A DNA stretch of 31,927 nucleotides, from NCBI GenBank assembly GCA_049472355.1, contig JBLIRP010000043.1, positions 1-31,927 of the forward strand. Reading direction: 5' to 3'. The notes below the pieces were generated by a model. That model worked only from the letters and a program-made list of their open reading frames with translations, made no database searches and was not told the origin of the DNA. Positions 10,012-19,176 of this stretch are shown piece after piece; the stretch's first letter is position 1, and the number at the start of each line of letters is the position of its first letter. The stretch is from a bacterium. Lineage in GTDB: Bacteria; SZUA-182; DTGQ01; JAFGSM01. A program made the translations under genes and the position numbers.

Positions 10012-10791
10012 ATGAAAATCACACGAAAGATCATTGAGATCGACGAGGACCTGTGCAACGGGTGCGGCCTGTGCGCGGAGGCCTGTTCCGAGGGGGCGAT
10101 CCGCATCATCGACGGGAAGGCGCGGCTGGTGGCGGAGAAATACTGCGACGGGCTCGGGGCGTGCATCGGCGAATGCCCCCAGGGCGCTGTTCGCATTATC
10201 GAGCGGGAGGCGGATGCATTCGATGCCGCTGCCGTGGAGGAGTATCTGAAGGGACATGAGACTGCCGCAGAGACCAAAGAGCCCACCATGGCGTGCGGCT
10301 GCCCCTCCACCCATATCCAGGAATTCGAATCCGCATCGGCCTGCGCAGGGGAGGATGCGCCGGGCGCCCGATCGAGCATCCCCTCCTCCCTTACCCACTG
10401 GCCCGTACAGATCAGACTGGTGCCCGCAACAGCCCCCTTCCTGCCGGGGGCACGTCTTCTGATTGCAGCCGACTGCGCGGCAGTGGCATGCCCGAACCTC
10501 CACGATGAGTTCCTGAAGGACAGGGTGGTCATGATCGGATGCCCGAAATTCGACGATCCGGGGCCCTACATACAAAAATTCGCCGACATATTCACCACAA
10601 ACACGATACGGGACGTCACCGTGCTGGTGATGGAGGTGCCCTGCTGCCAGGGGCTCCCCGGCATCGTGCAACAGGGTATGGAGGCGGCCGGCCGAGACAT
10701 CCCCATGAAGAAGGTGGTCATCAATGCCCGGGGCGCGGTAATCGGGCGTGAAAGGATCTCGATGAACACGGACAGGGTTGAAACCGGTTGA
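10012..10791 (+). CDS. 4Fe-4S dicluster (ferredoxin-like) protein of the type often found near hcp
   Basis: CNGCGLC...C and CDGLGACIGECP, then CGCPS, WPVQIRLV, LIAADC, GCPKFD and MEVPCC. Confidence 0.9.
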   Translation: MKITRKIIEIDEDLCNGCGLCAEACSEGAIRIIDGKARLVAEKYCDGLGACIGECPQGAVRIIEREADAFDAAAVEEYLKGHETAAETKEPTMACGCPSTHIQEFESASACAGEDAPGARSSIPSSLTHWPVQIRLVPATAPFLPGARLLIAADCAAVACPNLHDEFLKDRVVMIGCPKFDDPGPYIQKFADIFTTNTIRDVTVLVMEVPCCQGLPGIVQQGMEAAGRDIPMKKVVINARGAVIGRERISMNTDRVETG

Positions 10792-10918
10792 GTTCTTCGC
10801 CTGCGCGATCCAGGGCGCCCCTACCTCGGCACCACAAAGGATTCAGGGCCTGCTCATTACCTGCCTCTGCGTACGAACACACACTATCAGGAGCGCCCAT
10901 CATATAATGATTCAGGGC

Positions 10919-11560
10919 CTATTCATCAACCATATCGATCGTGAGGGCGGCAGGTTCGGAGCAGTTCATCCAATACCCCCTCCCCGGCTCCAGGGTGGCG
11001 TCCTGATCAAGGTGACGGTATCCGTTTTTAAACCCGAAGATACCCCTGATTTTTCCGTGAGTGACCGATCCCCGTGCGGAGCCGGAGCACCCGCCGATCA
11101 TCGACCATCCGCTCGGGACAGCCAGCATAGTGATCCTATCAAACGCCATACCCTCTAATACGAACACCTGCGCCGCACCCAGATATATCCAGTACCCCTC
11201 CCCCGCCGTCAACACATCATCCGGGTCCAGCAGCTCGTATGCGGCTTGGAATCTGAACATCGCCCCGGCACCGGGGAAGAGCGCATCAACATGACTGTCC
11301 TGGGGAATAAGCGGCAGGGAGATCATACTCCAGCCTGCAGGAAGAGACATCTCAAAACGCATCCATATATTGGGATCCGAATCATCCGGGTCCCCGCTGA
11401 GGGTGGCCGTATGAATCCCCTCCGGTTCACACAGGCAGCGCATATCGCCCGCCATGCCGTAGCCGTCGCCGTCCTCGTCTCCGTAGTAAGAGATGCAGCC
11501 TTCAGCCCCCTCCTCATCCTCAAGACCATCGCAGTCATCATCACAACCGTTGTCGATTTT
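10919..11560 (-). pseudogene. 5'-truncated surface-protein gene: MopE-like putative metal-binding repeat plus a C-terminal GW...GYW module
   Basis: The frame continues upstream of the ORF-track start as IDNGCDDDCDGLEDE...YYGDEDGDGYG...C.C.PEG...GDPDDSD, then reaches AT-rich DNA and an in-frame TGA near 11583 with no start codon or signal peptide. Confidence 0.7.
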
Positions 11561-11625
11561 GATGGATTTTGGAAAATTTTCTCACACAAAAATCATTTGG
11601 TACTATAGGGATTTTTGCAAAGCTA

Positions 11626-11653
11626 TTGACATATATTAATAAAATTCTATAAT
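11626..11653 (+). promoter_or_regulatory. Sigma70 promoter upstream of the MNT-HEPN pair
   Basis: TTGACA (11626-11631), 16 nt, TATAAT (11648-11653). Confidence 0.65.
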
Positions 11654-11826
11654 TCTGCAGAGGAAATCGCAAGTGCAAAACGCACAAATCCCTACTCACA
11701 TTAACCTCCGAAAAATTATGGCAGGTGAGCATAGACCTATATATTCTTGGATGCCGAAAATTTTAATAAGGGATGATTATTTGGCAACTGCATGATAATG
11801 GATATTCAAAGCATATAGGGTTTCAA

Positions 11827-12147
11827 ATGAAGGTAAAAAGGCTTACTGAGAAGGAAATATTAAAGACACTCAAACAGCATTCTGATACTTTGAAAAAATA
11901 TGGGGTGAAAAGGATTGGATTATTTGGATCTTATGTGAGAGGTGAACAAAGAGATGATAGTGACATTGACTTCCTTATAGAGCTTGAAAAACCAAGCTTC
12001 GATAATTTCATGGACCTCGCCTTTTATCTTGAAGATTTATTTGGCAAAAAGGTAGAACTTATAACGAATGGAAGCTTAAGCCCCTATATTCAGCCATATA
12101 TAGAAAAAGAGATTAAGTGGTATGATGAAGAACTTGCCTTTTCTTAA
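11827..12147 (+). CDS. Minimal nucleotidyltransferase (MNT/MntA-type) antitoxin
   Basis: LFGSYVRGEQRDDSDIDFL (GSx10DxD) and LEDLFGKKVEL; overlaps the HEPN gene. Confidence 0.92.
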   Translation: MKVKRLTEKEILKTLKQHSDTLKKYGVKRIGLFGSYVRGEQRDDSDIDFLIELEKPSFDNFMDLAFYLEDLFGKKVELITNGSLSPYIQPYIEKEIKWYDEELAFS

Positions 12148-12472
12148 ACATATCCATGATGAAGCAGAATTTCTCTTAAAAGAAACCAAGGGATTTTCCT
12201 ACGAGGATTTTGTAGCAAACGAATTATTAAAAAGGGGATGTGCCAGAAGCCTCGAAGTTATCGGCGAAGCTGTGAAGAATCTTTCTGTGGATTTTAAAAA
12301 AAGATATAGCGTTGTTGAGTGGAAAAAACTTGCCGGGATGAGGGACAAGATTATCCATTATTATTTTGGAGTTAACTGGGATATCGTGTGGGCCACTATA
12401 CAGGAGAAAATTCCCCAGTTAAAGGAAGGAATAGAAACAATTATTGATGAAATAGAAAAAGATGAGACGTGA
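12122..12472 (+). CDS. HEPN (DUF86/HepT-type) RNase toxin
   Basis: RSLEVIGEAVK and GMRDKIIHYY (Rx4H followed by Tyr); downstream of MNT. Confidence 0.92.
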   Translation: MMKNLPFLKHIHDEAEFLLKETKGFSYEDFVANELLKRGCARSLEVIGEAVKNLSVDFKKRYSVVEWKKLAGMRDKIIHYYFGVNWDIVWATIQEKIPQLKEGIETIIDEIEKDET

Positions 12473-12527
12473 TTAAAATATATGAATCCATTTCCCTCCT
12501 ATTAAATACTCCTTTTTGTTGGACTTA

Positions 12528-12926
12528 TTATAACTTGAATGACCACTCCGTTAATGGGGAGCAGTATACGACCTCCTGCACCTCGTCCATAAAGAGCGTG
12601 ACTTCTCCCCTGCGTGCCATAAACTCGATATAAGTGGAAAAAATCTTTTCCATGAGTTTTGTATCAAGGGAAGTAAACCGTGGATCTTCGAAATTGATAA
12701 AGAGCAGGTTGTCCTTCTTAATACCCTGGCTCATCATATACACATACATCTGTCGCATCAGATATGATTTCCCGGCCCTGCGGGGACCGGTTACAGTGAT
12801 AATCTGGTTGCTGGTGGAAAGATCCCTAAATCGCTCAAGATAGGCCTCCCTCACAATGCCCGTATCCAGCCCCCGCCGCCAGAAATTCCAATCATCAAGA
12901 ATTGAAAAAAATTCATTTTTATTCAT
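12528..12926 (-). pseudogene. 3'-truncated AAA_14-family ATPase
   Basis: GPRRAGKS, FINFEDPR and LFMDEVQ, then a stop soon after Walker B; family members are normally about 400+ aa with a C-terminal DUF4143. Confidence 0.8.
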
Positions 12927-13513
12927 TAAATATCCTTCTATTAGCCAAAATTTCTAAATTTTGCCTATTAGGTAAAATGTATATCGGCAATTTTGTTCCA
13001 TGTCAAGGGACATCATTCGCGAATCGAATGCTCCCGAATGCTTCACTCTTAAATTCTTGATAACAGCCCTCAGAAATCTGATATTCCCCGCAGTGAATCT
13101 ACTCCACCCATGGCTCACAATCACCGTCCAGAGGGCACCTCGACGGGGAAACCGCATCCGAATCCATGGAATTTTTTTGGCACAGGCCTTGCTCTTAGTA
13201 TCTTCAGAAAGTGTCCTCGAGGAATTTACCATATATCACGATCGCGTCATCGCTGTAACGGCATTACTGCAAGCGGGTGACGTTTCACTATCGTTGTTAT
13301 TTCACCACCAGGCAGGCAATCCTTGAACAGGGATTTCTATGCCGTCCCCACGCAAGGCACATGGGGGGACCTTCACCGAAATGGTACACCAAAACAGAAA
13401 GGTTTTGGAAAAGAAAGGAGGAAGCACAGGTATTTCTCACAACATGGTTATAAAAAATGCGGAGGAATGAATATATGATCCATTCACAATCCCTCACAAC
13501 AAGGAGGCATACA

Positions 13514-14251
13514 ATGAAAAGGCGTATAGCTCTTGTGGTACTCATGATGTTGTGTGTATCCCTTACACTGGCTTCACGCACCGTGGCTTGTGAAACCGCA
13601 CGGGCATTTGAACTGAAGGCGACCTACAACTATATCAGAAGCTATCCGAACGGCGGCGGGATATTCGTCGTTTATATCGAACCAGCCGGTGATTTTACCG
13701 GCACGGTGTTTCTCAACCTTGTAGCGCCTGCCCGCTTAAATGCCAAGTTAAAGAGCCAGGTGCTGAACCGTGGCGCGCTGGTTACGGAGATCACCGTCGA
13801 GCCAAGCAGCACTATCCGTCCGGGCACAAAGTACATCAAACTCGCCGCGGTCCATGTAGACGGGTTGCATGTGCAATCGGTTCAGAGGATGCAGTTACAG
13901 GTGGAGATCTTCGAATGGGAGGCATGTGACAATCCCAACCTGGATGCAAAACGGGATCTGTTCATACAATGGCTGGAACAGGAACATCCGGAATTCGGAC
14001 TATTCCTCAATCAGGAATACCGGTACTACATCACCTATCCGGAAATCCTCATCGTCGAACACGGAACCTATCTCAATTCCGAATGGGAAATACGGGTATG
14101 CGACCATGTCATGGTTCCTCCATATGACTGGTCAATGATCTGCATTCGCAAGCGCGGCGCAGTAAAGCCTCTCTTCGCTGCAATGCGGGAATCCGACAAC
14201 ACGATCCATGAGATACCGTTGTCGGACTATCCGGTTATGTTCGGATACTAA
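13514..14251 (+). CDS. Secreted hypothetical protein
   Basis: RBS AAGGAGG then MKRRIALVVLMMLCVSLTLA signal peptide; beta-rich N-terminal half. Confidence 0.8.
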   Translation: MKRRIALVVLMMLCVSLTLASRTVACETARAFELKATYNYIRSYPNGGGIFVVYIEPAGDFTGTVFLNLVAPARLNAKLKSQVLNRGALVTEITVEPSSTIRPGTKYIKLAAVHVDGLHVQSVQRMQLQVEIFEWEACDNPNLDAKRDLFIQWLEQEHPEFGLFLNQEYRYYITYPEILIVEHGTYLNSEWEIRVCDHVMVPPYDWSMICIRKRGAVKPLFAAMRESDNTIHEIPLSDYPVMFGY

Positions 14252-14291
14252 TATCCCCTTGGCACACCCTCGTTAGACCTGGTCGTTTTCA

Positions 14292-14333
14292 CACCACGTT
14301 CCGCAGCCTGACCATGCGCTGCGGAACGTGGTG
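14292..14333. terminator. Perfect 16-bp inverted repeat (terminator or REP-like hairpin)
   Basis: CACCACGTTCCGCAGC-N10-GCTGCGGAACGTGGTG, 40 nt after the stop; no U-tract. Confidence 0.6.
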
Positions 14334-14527
14334 CCCATTGGACATCGACAAGACAACACCTTCTCCTTACAGCCGACGATTATTTAACGTGGCACAGGCT
14401 TTGATCGTGCATTCCAATAGTTCCTCTTGATACCAAGAATCATTTCCACTATAACTTACATTATGACATATCAAACCCAGCATTTGTTTTATCATGATAA
14501 AGTAAAAAAGGAATCCGAGGGCGAACA

Positions 14528-15535
14528 ATGACCTGTACAAAAAATGACCGAACATTGACTTTCCTGGGAATAGTGATCTTGATCGTGTCATGTGCCTGTT
14601 CGAGCCTTCCCGATTCCCACAAGGCGCTCCGTACCGATCTGAAGGAAGATGTTGCCGCCTGCCGGGACCATTCCCGGAAAGAACAGGCCATATGCCGGGG
14701 GTTGGGCTGGCTGCTCGATCATCCCGCGGATGTCAATGAATGGCAGGGGTTTCTGGAGATGGCCGGAGAGGTACACATCTTTCATCGTTTCTATGTCCTC
14801 TCCCATACCCCCCGGGAGAGGGAATTCTTCAGGCGCCTGATCCTATCCAGGATCGACTACCTGCTCAACCGGCATGAATGGAGGGTACGACACTCGGGCG
14901 AGATAAACGCCTATCTCATCTTTGCCAGGGTCATGAAAGACTTCGGGATGCAGAATCTCGAATACCCCCGGTTTATCGAACGGGAGATTGTCAATCATGA
15001 CAGGTCGTATCCCTATGCCACGCATATGAACGTCGCCATTGCCGTTTCGGGATTGATCGACGGGATCGGATACACATCGAGGATCCCGTTCAGGGACATT
15101 CTCCGCAAAGGGACTATTGCCTGGTACAGCGGACACCCGGATCTGATCCCCTATGAAAGATTCGATGCCGATCCCCGCTATATGATGGAATTCTTCTATA
15201 TGATCGCCCACGAAATCTTCTCCATGGCGAATTTCGGGGACCGGGACCCTCGTATTTTCCTGGATGAGGAGGCGCTCCAATTCCTGCAGGAAATGATTCC
15301 CCTCGGCATATCGAAATCCATCGAATGGGCGGAGGTGGATATACTGGCGGAGTTGATGGTATGCGCCAAGCTCCTGCGATACAGCGATTGCGGGGAGTTT
15401 GAAGAAGGGGTCCGGTACATCACCGATGCCCAGGAGGAGGATGGTTCATTCGGCACCAGCTTAAGGGCCGCCCAGATGGGCATGAGCGAGGTAACCAGGC
15501 ATGTGGTGGTGATGGCCCTCTGGGCCCTGCAGTAG
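14528..15535 (+). CDS. Putative lipoprotein with a helical domain and a QW-like repeat
   Basis: Hydrophobic N-terminus ending VSCAC; C-terminal GVRYITDAQEEDGSFG resembles a prenyltransferase/squalene-cyclase-type repeat. Confidence 0.65.
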   Translation: MTCTKNDRTLTFLGIVILIVSCACSSLPDSHKALRTDLKEDVAACRDHSRKEQAICRGLGWLLDHPADVNEWQGFLEMAGEVHIFHRFYVLSHTPREREFFRRLILSRIDYLLNRHEWRVRHSGEINAYLIFARVMKDFGMQNLEYPRFIEREIVNHDRSYPYATHMNVAIAVSGLIDGIGYTSRIPFRDILRKGTIAWYSGHPDLIPYERFDADPRYMMEFFYMIAHEIFSMANFGDRDPRIFLDEEALQFLQEMIPLGISKSIEWAEVDILAELMVCAKLLRYSDCGEFEEGVRYITDAQEEDGSFGTSLRAAQMGMSEVTRHVVVMALWALQ

Positions 15536-15795
15536 CCCTTAGCCCTATTCATGACATATCGATTTTCAACCCCCGCAAAGGAGATCAAGGTCTCATCCAT
15601 AAGGGGAAAAATCTCTTATGATGTCTTACAATACCGAATTCCGGAGATTGGAGATGCCGCCCAAGGGGTTTGTCCGCCTCCACAAGAACATGCCCAACCC
15701 TTTGGATTAATTACAATAGTGTAATGCTGATAGTTGAATAGCTTGACCAATTCTGATACAATATGTAATAACTTTTGTTACAAAAGGAGGGCATC

Positions 15796-16056
15796 ATGAT
15801 AAATAAGACCAAGAGAAAAATCCTCAATATTTCTATGTCTTCGGAGCTATTCGATGAAGTGGAGAAATTGGCCAGGGAGCAAGCAAAGGCAAAAGGGGAA
15901 TTTGTCAGGGAAGTGATCAGACAATATATTGAATCAGACAGACGGTGGAAACAGATAAGAAAATGGGGAGAAGAGACTGCCCAAAAATTCGGTATCAGAA
16001 GTGATGCGGCAATAGAGAATATTGTTGAGGAATATAGAAAAGAACGGTCTCAATGA
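15796..16056 (+). CDS. Ribbon-helix-helix (CopG-like) antitoxin
   Basis: ILNISMSSELFDEVEKLA...KGEFVREVIRQY; RBS AAGGAGG; ATGA overlap with the PIN gene. Confidence 0.85.
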   Translation: MINKTKRKILNISMSSELFDEVEKLAREQAKAKGEFVREVIRQYIESDRRWKQIRKWGEETAQKFGIRSDAAIENIVEEYRKERSQ

Positions 16057-16475
16057 TTAAGTTTGTATTGGATACAAATGTCTATATCTCGGGAGTGCTA
16101 TTCGGCGGAAAGGCCGAAAGAATCAGGAGTCTTGCAAGAGAGGGGAAAATCGCAATATTGGTTTCAGAAGAAATCCTGGCTGAGTTGGCAGGTGCGCTGA
16201 AGAGAAAGTTTAACTGGTTCGATTGGCAAATCGCAGGGTTGATAGAAGATATAAGGGCATTTGCTACTTTGGTAACTCCGGCGTTTCATGTATCCATTAT
16301 TAAAGAGGATGACCAGGACAATAGATTCTTGGAATGTGCTATCGAAGGAAAGGCCCAATATATAGTCTCGGGCGATAAACGGCATCTTCAATCTTTAAAG
16401 ACATATAAAGAAATACAGATTCTTAGCCCGGATCAATTTTTGAGGACCGATACAATCAAGTCAATGCTTGAATGA
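16053..16475 (+). CDS. PIN-domain (VapC-like, PIN_3) toxin
   Basis: VLDTNVYIS, ILAEL, DDQDNRFLECA and IVSGDKRHL. Confidence 0.92.
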   Translation: MIKFVLDTNVYISGVLFGGKAERIRSLAREGKIAILVSEEILAELAGALKRKFNWFDWQIAGLIEDIRAFATLVTPAFHVSIIKEDDQDNRFLECAIEGKAQYIVSGDKRHLQSLKTYKEIQILSPDQFLRTDTIKSMLE

Positions 16476-16671
16476 ATCCAAAAATCGACCGCTCATTCCG
16501 GAGATAGGCAACCACTGATTCCCGCAGTACTATACCCCTCCTGCTCGATAAGCCCAATATGAAGGGCTTGGCACCGAATTTGAGAAATCTCTACTGAATA
16601 ACAAAGCCGGTCGCTGTTGTCACCCCGTCCCGATGGCAGCCTGAGGCCTTGACGTCTGTGGTCGAGACGGC

Positions 16672-16908
16672 AGTGTTAGCATCCCCACGGTATAATCGTA
16701 TGGGTTGGCCTCGAACATCAAGCTCCCTTCCGGAAAAGGCCCTGATATTGACAAACACCTTACGGCCTCCCGGGAAACCGGAGATCAGTTTGTGGGCGCT
16801 ATTGTTCTGGATGGTGAAGGACAATGCCCCGCTGCCGGCATCATTAGAAAGGTGTTTGGTCGTTGCCGCAAGCTTGTGCTGTTGTTTTGCCCGGCGAGGC
16901 GCCTTTGC
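16672..16908 (-). pseudogene. Frameshifted relic resembling the C-terminal region of a multiheme cytochrome c
   Basis: RAKQQ...GALSFTIQNNSAHKLISGFPGGRKVFVNIRAF, then LMFEANPYDY in a shifted frame; recalls the NxxGHKLxxGxPEGRRM motif; no CxxCH remains. Confidence 0.45.
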
Positions 16909-17134
16909 TCAACTGCCTCCGCTGCTGGTCACATAAAATCTACCCGGGGGAATTCGGATATTTTTTACGTCTATTGTATATGTAAGATGCGCCGAGTCCG
17001 TTGACCCGCAAGAGCAGCGATGTATAAAACATCTATTCAAAGAGGAGGTATGCAATATGCAGTGAACATTGTTGGGTGAAGGATTTCAATCCTTTTTGCC
17101 TTCATTGACGTGCCCGTATGAGGAGGGTAGAAAA

Positions 17135-18208
17135 ATGAAGAAGGTAATGCTTGCCTTGTTTGTAGGTTTCATTGTTGTATCTTTCGGGTTCCGCTGCGCC
17201 TCCGGCCAGGGTTACGGCCTGCCATGGAATTATTGGTATCAGCAGCCGTCTTATACCTGGGGGTATCAGCAGCCATATAATTTATGGGGATATCAAGATC
17301 CTTATTACACCTGGGGATACCAGCAGCAGTACGATCCCTGGGGATCGTATCTTTGGTCCGATTACTGGTCTCCGAATTATTGGTATCAACAGCCGTCGTA
17401 TACCTGGGGGTATCAGGATCCGTATTATACCTGGGGGTACCAGCAGCCATATAATCTCTGGGGATATCAGGATCCTTATTACACCTGGGGATACCAGCAG
17501 CAGTATGATCCCTGGGGGCAAACGTGGGCATCCAATCCCTGGTCCTCCTCTTTTTCGTATTATTCCCCCTGGGGCTATTCTTGGGGCTCCCCTACCGGGG
17601 ATGTCTGCGGCATTCCAGGTACGGGACTTTACGGAAAGCCGGCCATTTATCTCTATCCACAGGAGGATACCTATATCAGTATCGAGCTCGATATCGACGG
17701 CCAACTCACCCGGACCATTCCCTCCTATGATGACGGCTGGTATGTGCTGGGCACACCCGATGGCGACATATTCGATATGAGGGATGGCTATATTCAGGAT
17801 ATGCCCTATGATTACCTTTTCTGGGAGGCTGAGACCGATCTGGGTACACTGGAACCTCCCGATCAAGCTTGGGTAGTGGCCAGGGAGAATCTCGATGCAT
17901 GGTTTTCCCAGAATCTTCCCGCGCTCGGCCTGAACGAGAAGGAAACGACGCAATTCATGGAATATTGGCTGGAGAGGCTTTCCGCACATCCCTACTATGA
18001 GGTAAGGCTTCTGAGCAGTGAATTCCTTGCCGAGCATGCCACATTAATCATAACTCCTCAGCCGGATACCCTGATCAGGGTCATCTTCTTTTTCAAGCCC
18101 CTTGATGAGCCGATTGATGAGGCACAGGCACCGGAGCCGCCGGTCATTGATACCCCAAAACGTGAAGGTTTTGTGGTGCTTGAGTGGGGAGGGATATTGG
18201 GCAACTAA
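17135..18208 (+). CDS. Secreted protein: Trp/Tyr/Gln-rich repeat region plus an uncharacterised KPxIYLYP...EWGG domain
   Basis: RBS GAGGAGG, signal peptide MKKVMLALFVGFIVV; conserved KPAIYLYP, YLFWE, GLNEKE..QF..YWL, PDTLIRV and REGFVVLEWGG. Confidence 0.85.
   Translation: MKKVMLALFVGFIVVSFGFRCASGQGYGLPWNYWYQQPSYTWGYQQPYNLWGYQDPYYTWGYQQQYDPWGSYLWSDYWSPNYWYQQPSYTWGYQDPYYTWGYQQPYNLWGYQDPYYTWGYQQQYDPWGQTWASNPWSSSFSYYSPWGYSWGSPTGDVCGIPGTGLYGKPAIYLYPQEDTYISIELDIDGQLTRTIPSYDDGWYVLGTPDGDIFDMRDGYIQDMPYDYLFWEAETDLGTLEPPDQAWVVARENLDAWFSQNLPALGLNEKETTQFMEYWLERLSAHPYYEVRLLSSEFLAEHATLIITPQPDTLIRVIFFFKPLDEPIDEAQAPEPPVIDTPKREGFVVLEWGGILGN
17228..17519 (+). repeat. Coding tandem repeat of ~27-nt units (YxxWGYQ[Q/D]P) arranged in two blocks
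   Basis: Blocks start at 17228 and 17375; the second has one extra unit; substitutions are mostly synonymous. Confidence 0.9.
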
Positions 18209-18223
18209 AAAACAATGATTCCA

Positions 18224-18259
18224 TGCCCGGGGGAGACCTCCGAAGCCCTTCCCCGGGCA
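18224..18259. terminator. GC-rich hairpin between convergent genes
   Basis: TGCCCGGGG...CCCCGGGCA, 15 nt after the stop at 18208. Confidence 0.55.
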
Positions 18260-18405
18260 GGCCCGGAACAATCAGCGGTGCACGTGTCTGGCGTTGGTCC
18301 GCCCTGCCCTTTCTTGCTGGAGGACCGGGTATTCCAGGTGGCTTCTGCATTGGCCCCCACACGGGACTGATCCGGGTACACTGGGGCTTACTGGTTTCAG
18401 TAGTT

Positions 18406-18974
18406 TTATGATTTAGATACTCTTCTTAGAATCGCATTCCATATATCTTTGAGTTCCAGTCTCTCTGCCCACTGTGAGATATAATCATAGTCGATGAGTT
18501 CCCCTGATATCTTCATGATACCTGTGATATCACGCAGATGCTTTGCTGATCCTCCCTCTTTATAATATTCCATCTTTTTGATTATGACATCCTCAGGTGC
18601 GGCAAAGTTTGCCTCTGTGTCTTCTATGGGGCGAATTCTTTTTATCCGACTAAATTGACTATTGTCAAATGTATCTTTTTTGTGAATAATTACGTCTATC
18701 TTTAAGCCTGATGATGGGTGAATAATATTGAACTGATGGCGATGGCGAATCGCCTCTTTTGTAGCATCTGCATCCAGAAAAAATTCTTCTTCAGGAAAAC
18801 ACTCCATAAGCCCTGGAATATGCCTCTCTTCAATATCAGCTACCACGTCGATATCGTTGGTTAATCGTGGCTCCCCGTAAGCAATAGATGCTATGGCTCC
18901 GGTCACAAGGTATGGGATTTTTAACGTCTCGAGACAACGAACAAGATGCACCTAAGGAGTTCATACTGCTCCAT
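18406..18974 (-). CDS. MenT1-like nucleotidyltransferase toxin; possible frameshift near the 5' end (open frame 18406-18951)
   Basis: YLVTGAIASIAYGEPRLTNDIDVV, PEDVIIKK and KHLRDI; an upstream ATG at 18974 (MEQYELLR) is out of frame. Confidence 0.75.
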
Positions 18975-19176
18975 GAGAAATCCTTCTCACAACCTCTCTT
19001 TGTACCTTTTCTTCATTCCATTCAGGATGTAAAGAACGAAGGCAATTGCATAGCTGTATCTTTGTTGAGCGCCACAAACCAAAGGCAATTTGAAGCCGCT
19101 CAATAGGGGTCATCTTCTTGTATAGTTCCGCCATCATATCATCTATGATTTCTATTTGCCCATCATCCAACCGCAT
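18961..19176 (-). CDS. Small helical putative antitoxin (MenA1-like)
   Basis: MTPIERLQIAFGLW...LRSLHPEWNEEKVQREVVRR; overlaps the likely nucleotidyltransferase start. Confidence 0.7.
   Translation of the reverse strand: MRLDDGQIEIIDDMMAELYKKMTPIERLQIAFGLWRSTKIQLCNCLRSLHPEWNEEKVQREVVRRISHGAV

Noticed and set aside
83..10751. Many long antisense or alternative-frame ORFs (e.g. 9355-10671, 7779-8735, 1945-2646, 4948-5763)
   Set aside because: Shadows of GC-rich genes with no recognisable motifs
7428..10791. Selenocysteine recoding in the redox genes
   Set aside because: All redox motifs use Cys codons and there is no in-frame TGA
13195..13265. Reverse transcriptase remnant (CRYSDDAIVI on the minus strand resembles YADD)
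   Set aside because: Bounded by stops on both sides with no other RT motifs; likely chance
17041..17079. Short upstream ORF MQYAVNIVG after a strong RBS (AGAGGAGGT)
   Set aside because: RBS spacing is too tight and there is no leader-peptide signature; cannot be supported
17228..17519. CRISPR array
   Set aside because: Units are contiguous, in frame and lack unique spacers; no cas genes
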